Below are positions 24,637-37,100 of a stretch of DNA of 64,000 bases, one piece after another. Both the position numbers and the translations under genes were made by a program. This stretch comes from Nemertoderma westbladi. Lineage: Eukaryota; Animalia; Xenacoelomorpha. The stretch is taken from positions 1 to 64,000 of the forward strand of contig JAUCBJ010007236.1 in the NCBI GenBank assembly GCA_032718475.1, given 5' to 3'. The notes beneath the pieces are model-generated. The model was not told where the DNA came from, did no database searches, and saw only the letters and a list, made by a program, of their open reading frames with translations. The stretch's first letter is position 1. Each line of letters begins with the position of its first letter.

Positions 24637-24837
24637 CTATAACGACTGCGGTGTATATCTATCAGTAAACCTTTCTAACGCTGTTCTGATATGTTGGGGT
24701 TGGTAGAAACTCCATTTCTGGAACGCAGAGTTTCTATCGCAGGGCCGCAGTTCGAGCGGCGAGGTGAGCGGCTTGTGAGAGTCGTCGCCCGTAAACGTAA
24801 GGCACTCGTGAGTCACCGCGTGAATAAACTGTCGCGT
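24637..24837 (-). CDS. Last coding exon of a ricin-B (beta-trefoil) lectin-domain protein, probably a polypeptide N-acetylgalactosaminyltransferase (GALNT family)
   Basis: Acceptor tgtattttatag| then TRQFIHAVTHECLTFTGDDSHKPLTSPLELRPCDRNSAFQKWSFYQPQHIRTALERFTDRYTPQSL*. It shows the IH....CL, L..C.....QKW (QxW) pattern and is GC-richer than its flanks. It is absent from the ORF track because it has no start codon. Confidence 0.75.
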   Translation of the reverse strand, partial: TRQFIHAVTHECLTFTGDDSHKPLTSPLELRPCDRNSAFQKWSFYQPQHIRTALERFTDRYTPQSL

Positions 24838-25109
24838 CTATAAAATACAATTATCGTAAACGAATTCCAGAATATCTCTGCTGAAACATATTTTCTTCAA
24901 CAATAATTAATTCAGTATACTGAGAAATGTATAAATTCGAAATTGTTTTTATTTGTGGCTAAATAATTACATTCAAAAAAGGTTTTTAGTTATGAGTTAA
25001 TGGCGCAAAATGATCGCTAACACCAACATCTATGTGTTTAGTGGAATTAAAAATTTAAATTTGTAATTTAAAATGTTAAGGAGTTAACATTTTACGTTAA
25101 CATCCTACA

Positions 25110-28100
25110 TACCTCGGTATTTATTCTCCACCCTGGTTCCCTACCTCGGTATTTATTCTCCACCCTGGTTCCCTACCTCGGTATTTATTCTCCACCCTGG
25201 TTCCCTACCTCGGTATTTATTCTCCACTCATGGTTCCCTACCTCGGTATTTATTCTCCACTCCTGGTTCCCTACCTCGGTATTTATTCTCCACTCCTGGT
25301 TCCCTACCTCGGTATTTATTCTCCACTCCTGGTTCCCTACCTCGGTATTTATTCTCCACTCCTGGTTCCCTACCTCGGTATTTATTCTCCACCCTGGTTC
25401 CCTACCTCGGTATTTATTCTCCACCCTGGTTCCCTACCTCGGTATTTATTCTCCTACCTGGTTCCCTACCTCGGTATTTATTCTCCACTCCTGGTTCCCT
25501 ACCTCGGTATTTATTCTCCACCCTGGTTCCCTACCTCGGTATTTATTCTCCAACCTGGTTCCCTATCTCGATATTTATTCTCCACCCTGGTTCCCTACCT
25601 CGGTATTTATTTTCCACTCATGGTTCCCTACCTCGGTATTTATTCTCCACCCTGGTTCCCTACCTCGGTATTTATTCTCCTCTCCTGGTTTCCTACCTCG
25701 GTATTTATTCTCCACCCTGGTTCCCTACCTCGGTATTTATCCTCCACTCCTGGTTCCCTACCTCGGTATTTATTCTCCACTCCTGGTTCCCTACCTCGGT
25801 ATTTATTCTCCTACGTGGTTCCCTACCTCGGTATTTATTCTCCACTCCTGGTTCCCTACCACGGTATTTATTCTCCTCTCCGGGTTCCCTACCTCGGTAT
25901 TTATTCTCCACCCTGGTTCCCTCCTACCTCGGTATTTATTCTCCACCCTGGTTCCCTACCTCGGTATTTATTCTCCACTCCTGGTTCCCTATCTCGGTAT
26001 TTATTCTCCACTCCTGGTTCCCTACCTCGGTATTTATTCTCCACTCCTGGTTCCCTACCTCGGTATTTATTCTCCACCCTGGTTCCCTACCTCGGTATTT
26101 ATTCTCCACTCCTGGTTCCCTACCACGGTATTTATTCTCCTCTCCGGGTTCCCTACCTCGGTATTTATTCTCCACCCTGGTTCCCTCCTACCTCGGTATT
26201 TATTCTCCACCCTGGTTCCCTACCTCGGTATTTATTCTCCACTCCTGGTTCCCTATCTCGGTATTTATTCTCCACTCCTGGTTCCCTACCACGGTATTTA
26301 TTCTCCTCTCCGGGTTCCCTACCTCGGTATTTATTCTCCACCCTGGTTCCCTCCTACCTCGGTATTTATTCTCCACCCTGGTTCCCTACCTCGGTATTTA
26401 TTCTCCACTCCTGGTTCCCTACCTCGGTATTTATTCTCCACTCCTGGTTCCCTATCTCGGTATTTATTCTCCACCCTGGTTCCCTACCTCGGTATTTATT
26501 CTCCACTCCTGGTTCCCTACCTCGGTATTTATTCTCCACCCTGTTTCCCTACCTCGGTATTTATTCTCCACTCCTGGTTCCCTACCTCGGTATTTATTCT
26601 CCACTCCTGGTTCCCTACCACGGTATTTATTCTCCTCTCCGGGTTCCCTACCTCGGTATTTATTCTCCACCCTGGTTCCCTACCTCGGTATTTATTCTCC
26701 ACTTCTGGTTCCCTACCTCGGTATTTATTCTCCACTCCTGGTTCCCTACCTCGGTATTTATTCTCCTACGTGGTTCCCTACCTCGGTATTTATTCTCCAC
26801 CCTGGTTCCCTACCTCGGTATTTATTCTCCACTCCTGGTTCCCTACCTCGGTATTTATTCTCCACTCCTGGTTCCCTACCTCGGTATTTATTCTCCACTC
26901 CTGGTTCCCTACCTCGGTATTTATTCTCCACTCCTGGTTCCCTACCTCGGTATTTATTCTCCTACGTGGTTCCCTACCTCGGTATTTATTCTCCACCCTG
27001 GTTCCCTACCTCGGTATTTATTCTCCACTCCTGGTTCCCTACCTCGGTATTTATTCTCCACTCCTGGTTCCCTATCTCAGTATTTATTCTCCACCCTGGT
27101 TCCCTACCTCGGTATTTATTCTCCACTCCTGGTTCCCTACCTCGGTATTTATTCTCCTACGTGGTTCCCTACCTCGGTATTTATTCTCCACCCTGGTTCC
27201 CTACCTCGGTATTTATTCTCCACCCTGGTTCCCTACCTCGGTATTTATTCTCCACCCTGGTTCCCTACCTCGGTATTTATTCTCCACTCCTGGTTCCCTA
27301 CCTCGGTATTTATTCTCCACCCTGGTTCCCTACCTCGGTATTTATTCTCCACTCTGGTTCCCTACCACGGTATTTATTCTCCTCTCCGGGTTCCCTACCT
27401 CGGTATTTATTCTCCACCCTGGTTCCCTACCTCGGTATTTATTCTCCACTTCTGGTTCCCTACCTCGGTATTTATTCTCCACCCTGGTTCCCTACCTCGG
27501 TATTTATTCTCCACCCTGGTTCCCTACCACGGTATTTATTCTCCTACGTGGTTCCCTACCTCGGTATTTATTCTCCACCCTGGTTCCCTACCTCGGTATT
27601 TATTCTCCACCCTGGTTCCCTACCTCGGTATTTATTCTCCACCCTGGTTCCCTACCTCGGTATTTATTCTCCACTCCTGGTTCCCTACCTCGGTATTTAT
27701 TCTCCACCCTGGTTCCCTACCTCGGTATTTATTCTCCACCCTGGTTCCCTACCTCGGTATTTATTCTCCACTCTGGTTCCCTACCTCGGTATTTATTCTC
27801 CACTCCTGGTTCCCTACCTCGGTATTTATTCTCCACCCTGGTTCCCTACCTCGGTATTTATTCTCCACTCTGGTTCCCTACCTCGGTATTTATTCTCCAC
27901 CCTGGTTCCCTACCTCGGTATTTATTCTCCACCCTGGTTCCCTACCTCGGTATTTATTCTCCTACGTGGTTCCCTACCTCGGTATTTATTCTCCACCCTG
28001 GTTCCCTACCTCGGTATTTATTCTCCACCCTGGTTCCCTACCTCGGTATTTATTCTCCACCCTGGTTCCCTACCTCGGTATTTATTCTCCACTCCTGGTT

Positions 28101-31100
28101 CCCTACCTCGGTATTTATTCTCCACCCTGGTTCCCTACCTCGGTATTTATTCTCCACCCTGGTTCCCTACCTCGGTATTTATTCTCCACTCATGGTTCCC
28201 TACCTCGGTATTTATTCTCCACCCTGGTTCCCTACCTCGGTATTTATTCTCCACTCTGGTTCCCTACCTCGGTATTTATTCTCCTCTCCGGGTTCCCTAC
28301 CACGGTATTTATTCTCCTCTCCGGGTTCCCTACCTCGGTATTTATTCTCCACCCTGGTTCCCTACCTCGGTATTTATTCTCCACTCCTGGTTCCCTACCT
28401 CGGTATTTATTCTCCACTCCTGGTTCCCTACCTCGGTATTTATTCTCCTACGTGGTTCCCTACCTCGGTATTTATTCTCCACCCTGGTTCCCTACCTCGG
28501 TATTTATTCTCCACTCCTGGTTCCCTACCTCGGTATTTATTCTCCACTCCTGGTTCCCTACCTCGGTATTTATTCTCCACTCCTGGTTCCCTACCTCGGT
28601 ATTTATTCTCCACTCCTGGTTCCCTACCTCGGTATTTATTCTCCTACGCTGGTTCCCTACCTCGGTATTTATTCTCCACCCTGGTTCCCTACCTCGGTAT
28701 TTATTCTCCACTCCTGGTTCCCTACCTCGGTATTTATTCTCCACTCCTGGTTCCCTACCTCGGTATTTATTCTCCACCCTGGTTCCCTACCTCGGTATTT
28801 ATTCTCCACTCCTGGTTCCCTACCTCGGTATTTATTCTCCTACCGTGGTTCCCTACCTCGGTATTTATTCTCCACCCTGGTTCCCTACCTCGGTATTTAT
28901 TCTCCACCCTGGTTCCCTACCTCGGTATTTATTCTCCACCCTGGTTCCCTACCTCGGTATTTATTCTCCACCCTGGTTCCCTACCTCGGTATTTATTCTC
29001 CACTCTGGTTCCCTACCTCGGTATTTATTCTCCCTCCGGGTTCCCTACCTCGGTATTTATTCTCCACCCTGGTTCCCTACCTCGGTATTTATTCTCCACC
29101 CTGGTTCCCTACCTCGGTATTTATTCTCCACTCCTGGTTCCCTACCTCGGTATTTATTCTCCACTCTGGTTCCCTACCTCGGTATTTATTCTCCACTCCT
29201 GGTTCCCTACCTCGGTATTTATTCTCCACCCTGGTTCCCTACCTCGGTATTTATTCTCCACTCTGGTTCCCTACCTCGGTATTTATTCTCCTACGTGGTT
29301 CCCTACCTCGGTATTTATTCTCCACCCTGGTTCCCTACCTCGGTATTTATTCTCCACCCTGGTTCCCTACCTCGGTATTTATTCTCCACTCTGGTTCCCT
29401 ACCTCGGTATTTATTCTCCACTCCTGGTTCCCTCCTACCTCGGTATTTATTCTCCACTCCTGGTTCCCTACCTCGGTATTTATTCTCCACCCTGGTTCCC
29501 CCTACCTCGGTATTTATTCTCCACTCCTGGTTCCCTCCTACCTCGGTATTTATTCTCCACCCTGGTTCCCTACCTCGGTATTTATTCTCCACTCTGGTTC
29601 CCTACCTCGGTATTTATTCTCCTACGTGGTTCCCTACCTCGGTATTTATTCTCCACTCTGGTTCCCTACCTCGGTATTTATTCTCCACCCTGGTTCCCTA
29701 CCTCGGTATTTATTCTCCACTCCTGGTTCCCTACCTCGGTATTTATTCTCCACTCCTGGTTCCCTACCTCGGTATTTATTCTCCACTCCTGGTTCCCTAC
29801 CTCGGTATTTATTCTCCACCCTGGTTCCCTCCTACCTCGGTATTTATTCTCCACCCTGGTTCCCTACCTCGGTATTTATTCTCCACTCTGGTTCCCTACC
29901 TCGGTATTTATTCTCCTACGTGGTTCCCTACCTCGGTATTTATTCTCCACTCTGGTTCCCTACCTCGGTATTTATTCTCCACTCCTGGTTCCCTACCTCG
30001 GTATTTATTCTCCACCCTGGTTCCCTACCTCGGTATTTATTCTCCACCCTGGTTCCCTACCTCGGTATTTATTCTCCACGCTGGTTCCCTACCTCGGTAT
30101 TTATTCTCCACCCTGGTTCCCTACCTCGGTATTTATTCTCCACCCTGGTTCCCTACCTCGGTATTTATTCTCCACTCCTGGTTCCCTACCTCGGTATTTA
30201 TTCTCCACCCTGGTTCCCTACCTCGGTATTTATTCTCCACTCTGGTTCCCTACCTCGGTATTTATTCTCCTACGTGGTTCCCTACCTCGGTATTTATTCT
30301 CCACTCTGGTTCCCTACCTCGGTATTTATTCTCCACTCCTGGTTCCCTACCTCGGTATTTATTCTCCACTCTGGTTCCCTACCTCGGTATTTATTCTCCA
30401 CTCTGGTTCCCTACCTCGGTATTTATTCTCCACTCTGGTTCCCTACCTCGGTATTTATTCTCCACTCCTGGTTCCCTCCTACCTCGGTATTTATTCTCCA
30501 CTCCTGGTTCCCTACCTCGGTATTTATTCTCCTACGTGGTTCCCTACCTCGGTATTTATTCTCCACTCTGGTTCCCTACCTCGGTATTTATTCTCCACTC
30601 CTGGTTCCCTCCTACCTCGGTATTTATTCTCCACTCCTGGTTCCCTACCTCGGTATTTATTCTCCACCCTGGTTCCCTACCTCGGTATTTATTCTCCACT
30701 CCTGGTTCCCTACCTCGGTATTTATTATCCACCCTGGTTCCCTACCTCGGTATTTATTCTCCACCCTGGTTCCCTGCCTCGGTATTTATTCTCCACCCTG
30801 GTTCCCTACCTCGGTATTTATTCTCCACTCCTGGTTCCCTACCTCGGTATTTATTCTCCACTCTGGTTCCCTACCTCGGTATTTATTCTCCACTCCTGGT
30901 TCCCTACCTCGGTATTTATTCTCCACCCTGGTTCCCTACCTCGGTATTTATTCTCCACCCTGGTTCCCTACCTCGGTATTTATTCTCCACTCCTGGTTCC
31001 CTACCTCGGTATTTATTCTCCACTCCTGGTTCCCTACCTCGGTATTTATTCTCCACTCCTGGTTCCCTACCTCGGTATTTATTCTCCACTCCTGGTTCCC

Positions 31101-34100
31101 TACCTCGGTATTTATTCTCCTACGTGGTTCCCTACCTCGGTATTTATTCTCCACCCTGGTTCCCTACCTCGGTATTTATTCTCCACTCTGGTTCCCTACC
31201 ACGGTATTTATTCTCCTACGTGGTTCCCTACCTCGGTATTTATTCTCCACCCTGGTTCCCTACCTCGGTATTTATTCTCCACCCTGGTTCCCTACCTCGG
31301 TATTTATTCTCCACCCTGGTTCCCTACCTCGGTATTTATTCTCCACCCTGGTTCCCTACCTCGGTATTTATTCTCCACCCTGGTTCCCTACCTCGGTATT
31401 TATTCTCCACTCTGGTTCCCTACCTCGGTATTTATTCTCCTACGCTGGTTCCCTACCTCGGTATTTATTCTCCACCCTGGTTCCCTACCTCGGTATTTAT
31501 TCTCCACCCTGGTTCCCTACCTCGGTATTTATTCTCCACCCTGGTTCCCTACCTCGGTATTTATTCTCCACCCTGGTTCCCTACCTCGGTATTTATTCTC
31601 CACTCTGGTTCCCTACCTCGGTATTTATTCTCCTCTCCGGGTTCCCTACCTCGGTATTTATTCTCCACCCTGGTTCCCTCCTACCTCGGTATTTATTCTC
31701 CACCCTGGTTCCCTACCTCGGTATTTATTCTCCACTCCTGGTTCCCTATCTCGGTATTTATTCTCCACTCTGGTTCCCTACCTCGGTATTTATTCTCCAC
31801 TCCTGGTTCCCTACCTCGGTATTTATTCTCCACCCTGGTTCCCTACCTCGGTATTTATTCTCCACTCTGGTTCCCTACCTCGGTATTTATTCTCCTACGT
31901 GGTTCCCTACCTCGGTATTTATTCTCCACCCTGGTTCCCTACCTCGGTATTTATTCTCCACCCTGGTTCCCTACCTCGGTATTTATTCTCCACCCTGGTT
32001 CCCTACCTCGGTATTTATTCTCCACTCTGGTTCCCTACCTCGGTATTTATTCTCCTCTCCTGGTTCCCTACCTCGGTATTTATTCTCCACCCTGGTTCCC
32101 TACCTCGGTATTTATTCTCCACTCCTGGTTCCCTACCTCGGTATTTATTCTCCACTCCTGGTTCCCTACCTCGGTATTTATTCTCCACTCCTGGTTCCCT
32201 ACCTCGGTATTTATTCTCCACTCTGGTTCCCTACCTCGGTATTTATTCTCCTACGTGGTTCCCTCCTACCTCGGTATTTATTCTCCACTCTGGTTCCCTA
32301 CCTCGGTATTTATTCTCCACCCTGGTTCCCTCCTACCTCGGTATTTATTCTCCACTCCTGGTTCCCTACCTCGGTATTTATTCTCCTACGTGGTTCCCTA
32401 CCTCGGTATTTATTCTCCTACGTGGTTCCCTACCTCGGTATTTATTCTCCACTCCTGGTTCCCTACCTCGGTATTTATTCTCCACCCTGGTTCCCTACCT
32501 CGGTATTTATTCTCCACTCCTGGTTCCCTACCTCGGTATTTATTCTCCACCCTGGTTCCCTACCTCGGTATTTATTCTCCACCCTGGTTCCCTCCTACCT
32601 CGGTATTTATTCTCCACTCCTGGTTCCCTCCTACCTCGGTATTTATTCTCCACCCTGGTTCCCTACCTCGGTATTTATTCTCCACTCTGGTTCCCTACCT
32701 CGGTATTTATTCTCCTACGTGGTTCCCTACCTCGGTATTTATTCTCCACTCTGGTTCCCTACCTCGGTATTTATTCTCCACTCCTGGTTCCCTCCTACCT
32801 CGGTATTTATTCTCCACTCCTGGTTCCCTACCTCGGTATTTATTCTCCACCCTGGTTCCCTCCTACCTCGGTATTTATTCTCCACTCCTGGTTCCCTCCT
32901 ACCTCGGTATTTATTCTCCACCCTGGTTCCCTACCTCGGTATTTATTCTCCACCCTGGTTCCCTACCTCGGTATTTATTCTCCTACGTGGTTCCCTACCT
33001 CGGTATTTATTCTCCACTCTGGTTCCCTACCTCGGTATTTATTCTCCACTCTGGTTCCCTACCTCGGTATTTATTCTCCTACGTGGTTCCCTACCTCGGT
33101 ATTTATTCTCCACTCCTGGTTCCCTCCTACCTCGGTATTTATTCTCCACTCTGGTTCCCTACCTCGGTATTTATTCTCCACTCTGGTTCCCTACCTCGGT
33201 ATTTATTCTCCACTCTGGTTCCCTACCTCGGTATTTATTCTCCACTCTGGTTCCCTCCTACCTCGGTATTTATTCTCCACTCCTGGTTCCCTACCTCGGT
33301 ATTTATTCTCCACCCTGGTTCCCTACCTCGGTATTTATTCTCCACTCCTGGTTCCCTACCTCGGTATTTATTATCCACCCTGGTTCCCTACCTCGGTATT
33401 TATTCTCCACTCCTGGTTCCCTCCTACCTCGGTATTTATTCTCCACTCCTGGTTCCCTACCTCGGTATTTATTCTCCACCCTGGTTCCCTACCTCGGTAT
33501 TTATTCTCCACTCCTGGTTCCCTACCTCGGTATTTATTCTCCACCCTGGTTCCCTACCTCGGTATTTATTCTCCACTCCTGGTTCCCTCCTACCTCGGTA
33601 TTTATTCTCCACTCTGGTTCCCTACCTCGGTATTTATTCTCCACCCTGGTTCCCTACCTCGGTATTTATTCTCCACTCCTGGTTCCCTCCTACCTCGGTA
33701 TTTATTCTCCACTCTGGTTCCCTACCTCGGTATTTATTCTCCACTCTGGTTCCCTACCTCGGTATTTATTCTCCACTCTGGTTCCCTCCTACCTCGGTAT
33801 TTATTCTCCACTCCTGGTTCCCTACCTCGGTATTTATTCTCCACCCTGGTTCCCTACCTCGGTATTTATTCTCCACTCCTGGTTCCCTCCTACCTCGGTA
33901 TTTATTCTCCACCCTGGTTCCCTACCTCGGTATTTATTCTCCACTCCTGGTTCCCTCCTACCTCGGTATTTATTCTCCACTCTGGTTCCCTACCTCGGTA
34001 TTTATTCTCCACTCTGGTTCCCTACCTCGGTATTTATTCTCCACTCTGGTTCCCTACCTCGGTATTTATTCTCCACTCCTGGTTCCCTCCTACCTCGGTA

Positions 34101-37100
34101 TTTATTCTCCACTCCTGGTTCCCTACCTCGGTATTTATTCTCCTACGTGGTTCCCTACCTCGGTATTTATTCTCCACTCTGGTTCCCTACCTCGGTATTT
34201 ATTCTCCACTCCTGGTTCCCTCCTACCTCGGTATTTATTCTCCACTCCTGGTTCCCTACCTCGGTATTTATTCTCCACCATGGTTCCCTACCTCGGTATT
34301 TATTCTCCACTCCTGGTTCCCTACCTCGGTATTTATTCTCCACCCTGGTTCCCTACCTCGGTATTTATTCTCCACCCTGGTTCCCTACCTCGGTATTTAT
34401 TCTCCACCCTGGTTCCCTACCTCGGTATTTATTCTCCACTCCTGGTTCCCTACCTCGGTATTTATTCTCCACTCTGGTTCCCTACCTCGGTATTTATTCT
34501 CCACTCCTGGTTCCCTACCTCGGTATTTATTCTCCACCCTGGTTCCCTACCTCGGTATTTATTCTCCACCCTGGTTCCCTACCTCGGTATTTATTCTCCA
34601 CTCCTGGTTCCCTACCTCGGTATTTATTCTCCACTCCTGGTTCCCTACCTCGGTATTTATTCTCCACTCCTGGTTCCCTACCTCGGTATTTATTCTCCAC
34701 TCCTGGTTCCCTACCTCGGTATTTATTCTCCTACGTGGTTCCCTACCTCGGTATTTATTCTCCACCCTGGTTCCCTACCTCGGTATTTATTCTCCACTCC
34801 TGGTTCCCTACCTCGGTATTTATTCTCCTACGTGGTTCCCTACCTCGGTATTTATTCTCCACCCTGGTTCCCTACCTCGGTATTTATTCTCCACCCTGGT
34901 TCCCTACCTCGGTATTTATTCTCCACTCCTGGTTCCCTACCTCGGTATTTATTCTCCTACGTGGTTCCCTACCTCGGTATTTATTCTCCACCCTGGTTCC
35001 CTACCTCGGTATTTATTCTCCACTCCTGGTTCCCTACCTCGGTATTTATTCTCCACTCTGGTTCCCTACCTCGGTATTTATTCTCCTACGTGGTTCCCTA
35101 CCTCGGTATTTATTCTCCACCCTGGTTCCCTACCTCGGTATTTATTCTCCACCCTGGTTCCCTACCTCGGTATTTATTCTCCACTCTGGTTCCCTACCTC
35201 GGTATTTATTCTCCACTCCTGGTTCCCTACCTCGGTATTTATTCTCCACTCTGGTTCCCTACCTCGGTATTTATTCTCCACTCTGGTTCCCTACCTCGGT
35301 ATTTATTCTCCTACGTGGTTCCCTACCTCGGTATTTATTCTCCACCCTGGTTCCCTACCTCGGTATTTATTCTCCACTCTGGTTCCCTACCTCGGTATTT
35401 ATTCTCCACTCCTGGTTCCCTACCTCGGTATTTATTCTCCACTCTGGTTCCCTACCTCGGTATTTATTCTCCACTCCTGGTTCCCTACCTCGGTATTTAT
35501 TCTCCACCCTGGTTCCCTACCTCGGTATTTATTCTCCACTCCTGGTTCCCTACCTCGGTATTTATTCTCCACTCCTGGTTCCCTACCTCGGTATTTATTC
35601 TCCACTCTGGTTCCCTACCTCGGTATTTATTCTCCTACGTGGTTCCCTACCTCGGTATTTATTCTCCACTCTGGTTCCCTACCTCGGTATTTATTCTCCA
35701 CTCCTGGTTCCCTACCTCGGTATTTATTCTCCACCCTGGTTCCCTACCTCGGTATTTATTCTCCACCCTGGTTCCCTACCTCGGTATTTATTCTCCACCC
35801 TGGTTCCCTACCTCGGTATTTATTCTCCACCCTGGGTTCCCTACCTCGGTATTTATTCTCCACCCTGGTTCCCTACCTCGGTATTTATTCTCCACTCCTG
35901 GTTCCCTACCTCGGTATTTATTCTCCACCCTGGTTCCCTACCTCGGTATTTATTCTCCACTCCTGGTTCCCTACCTCGGTATTTATTCTCCACTCCTGGT
36001 TCCCTACCTCGGTATTTATTCTCCACTCTGGTTCCCTACCTCGGTATTTATTCTCCACTCCTGGTTCCCTACCTCGGTATTTATTCTCCACCCTGGTTCC
36101 CTACCTCGGTATTTATTCTCCACTCCTGGTTCCCTACCTCGGTATTTATTCTCCACTCTGGTTCCCTACCTCGGTATTTATTCTCCACTCTGGTTCCCTA
36201 CCTCGGTATTTATTCTCCACTCCTGGTTCCCCCTACCTCGGTATTTATTCTCCACCCTGGTTCCCTACCTCGGTATTTATTCTCCACTCTGGTTCCCTAC
36301 CTCGGTATTTATTCTCCTACGTGGTTCCCTACCTCGGTATTTATTCTCCACCCTGGTTCCCTACCTCGGTATTTATTCTCCACTCTGGTTCCCTACCTCG
36401 GTATTTATTCTCCACTCCTGGTTCCCTACCTCGGTATTTATTCTCCTACGTGGTTCCCTACCTCGGTATTTATTCTCCACCCTGGTTCCCTACCTCGGTA
36501 TTTATTCTCCACTCCTGGTTCCCTACCTCGGTATTTATTCTCCACTCCTGGTTCCCCCTACCTCGGTATTTATTCTCCACCCTGGTTCCCTACCTCGGTA
36601 TTTATTCTCCACTCTGGTTCCCTACCTCGGTATTTATTCTCCTACGTGGTTCCCTACCTCGGTATTTATTCTCCTACGTGGTTCCCTACCTCGGTATTTA
36701 TTCTCCACCCTGGTTCCCTACCTCGGTATTTATTCTCCACCCTGGTTCCCTACCTCGGTATTTATTCTCCACTCCTGGTTCCCTACCTCGGTATTTATTC
36801 TCCTACGTGGTTCCCTACCTCGGTATTTATTCTCCACCCTGGTTCCCTACCTCGGTATTTATTCTCCACCCTGGTTCCCTACCTCGGTATTTATTCTCCA
36901 CTCTGGTTCCCTACCTCGGTATTTATTCTCCACTCCTGGTTCCCTACCTCGGTATTTATTCTCCACTCTGGTTCCCTACCTCGGTATTTATTCTCCACTC
37001 TGGTTCCCTACCTCGGTATTTATTCTCCACCCTGTTTCCCTACCTCGGTATTTATTCTCCTACGTGGTTCCCTACCTCGGTATTTATTCTCCACCCCGGT

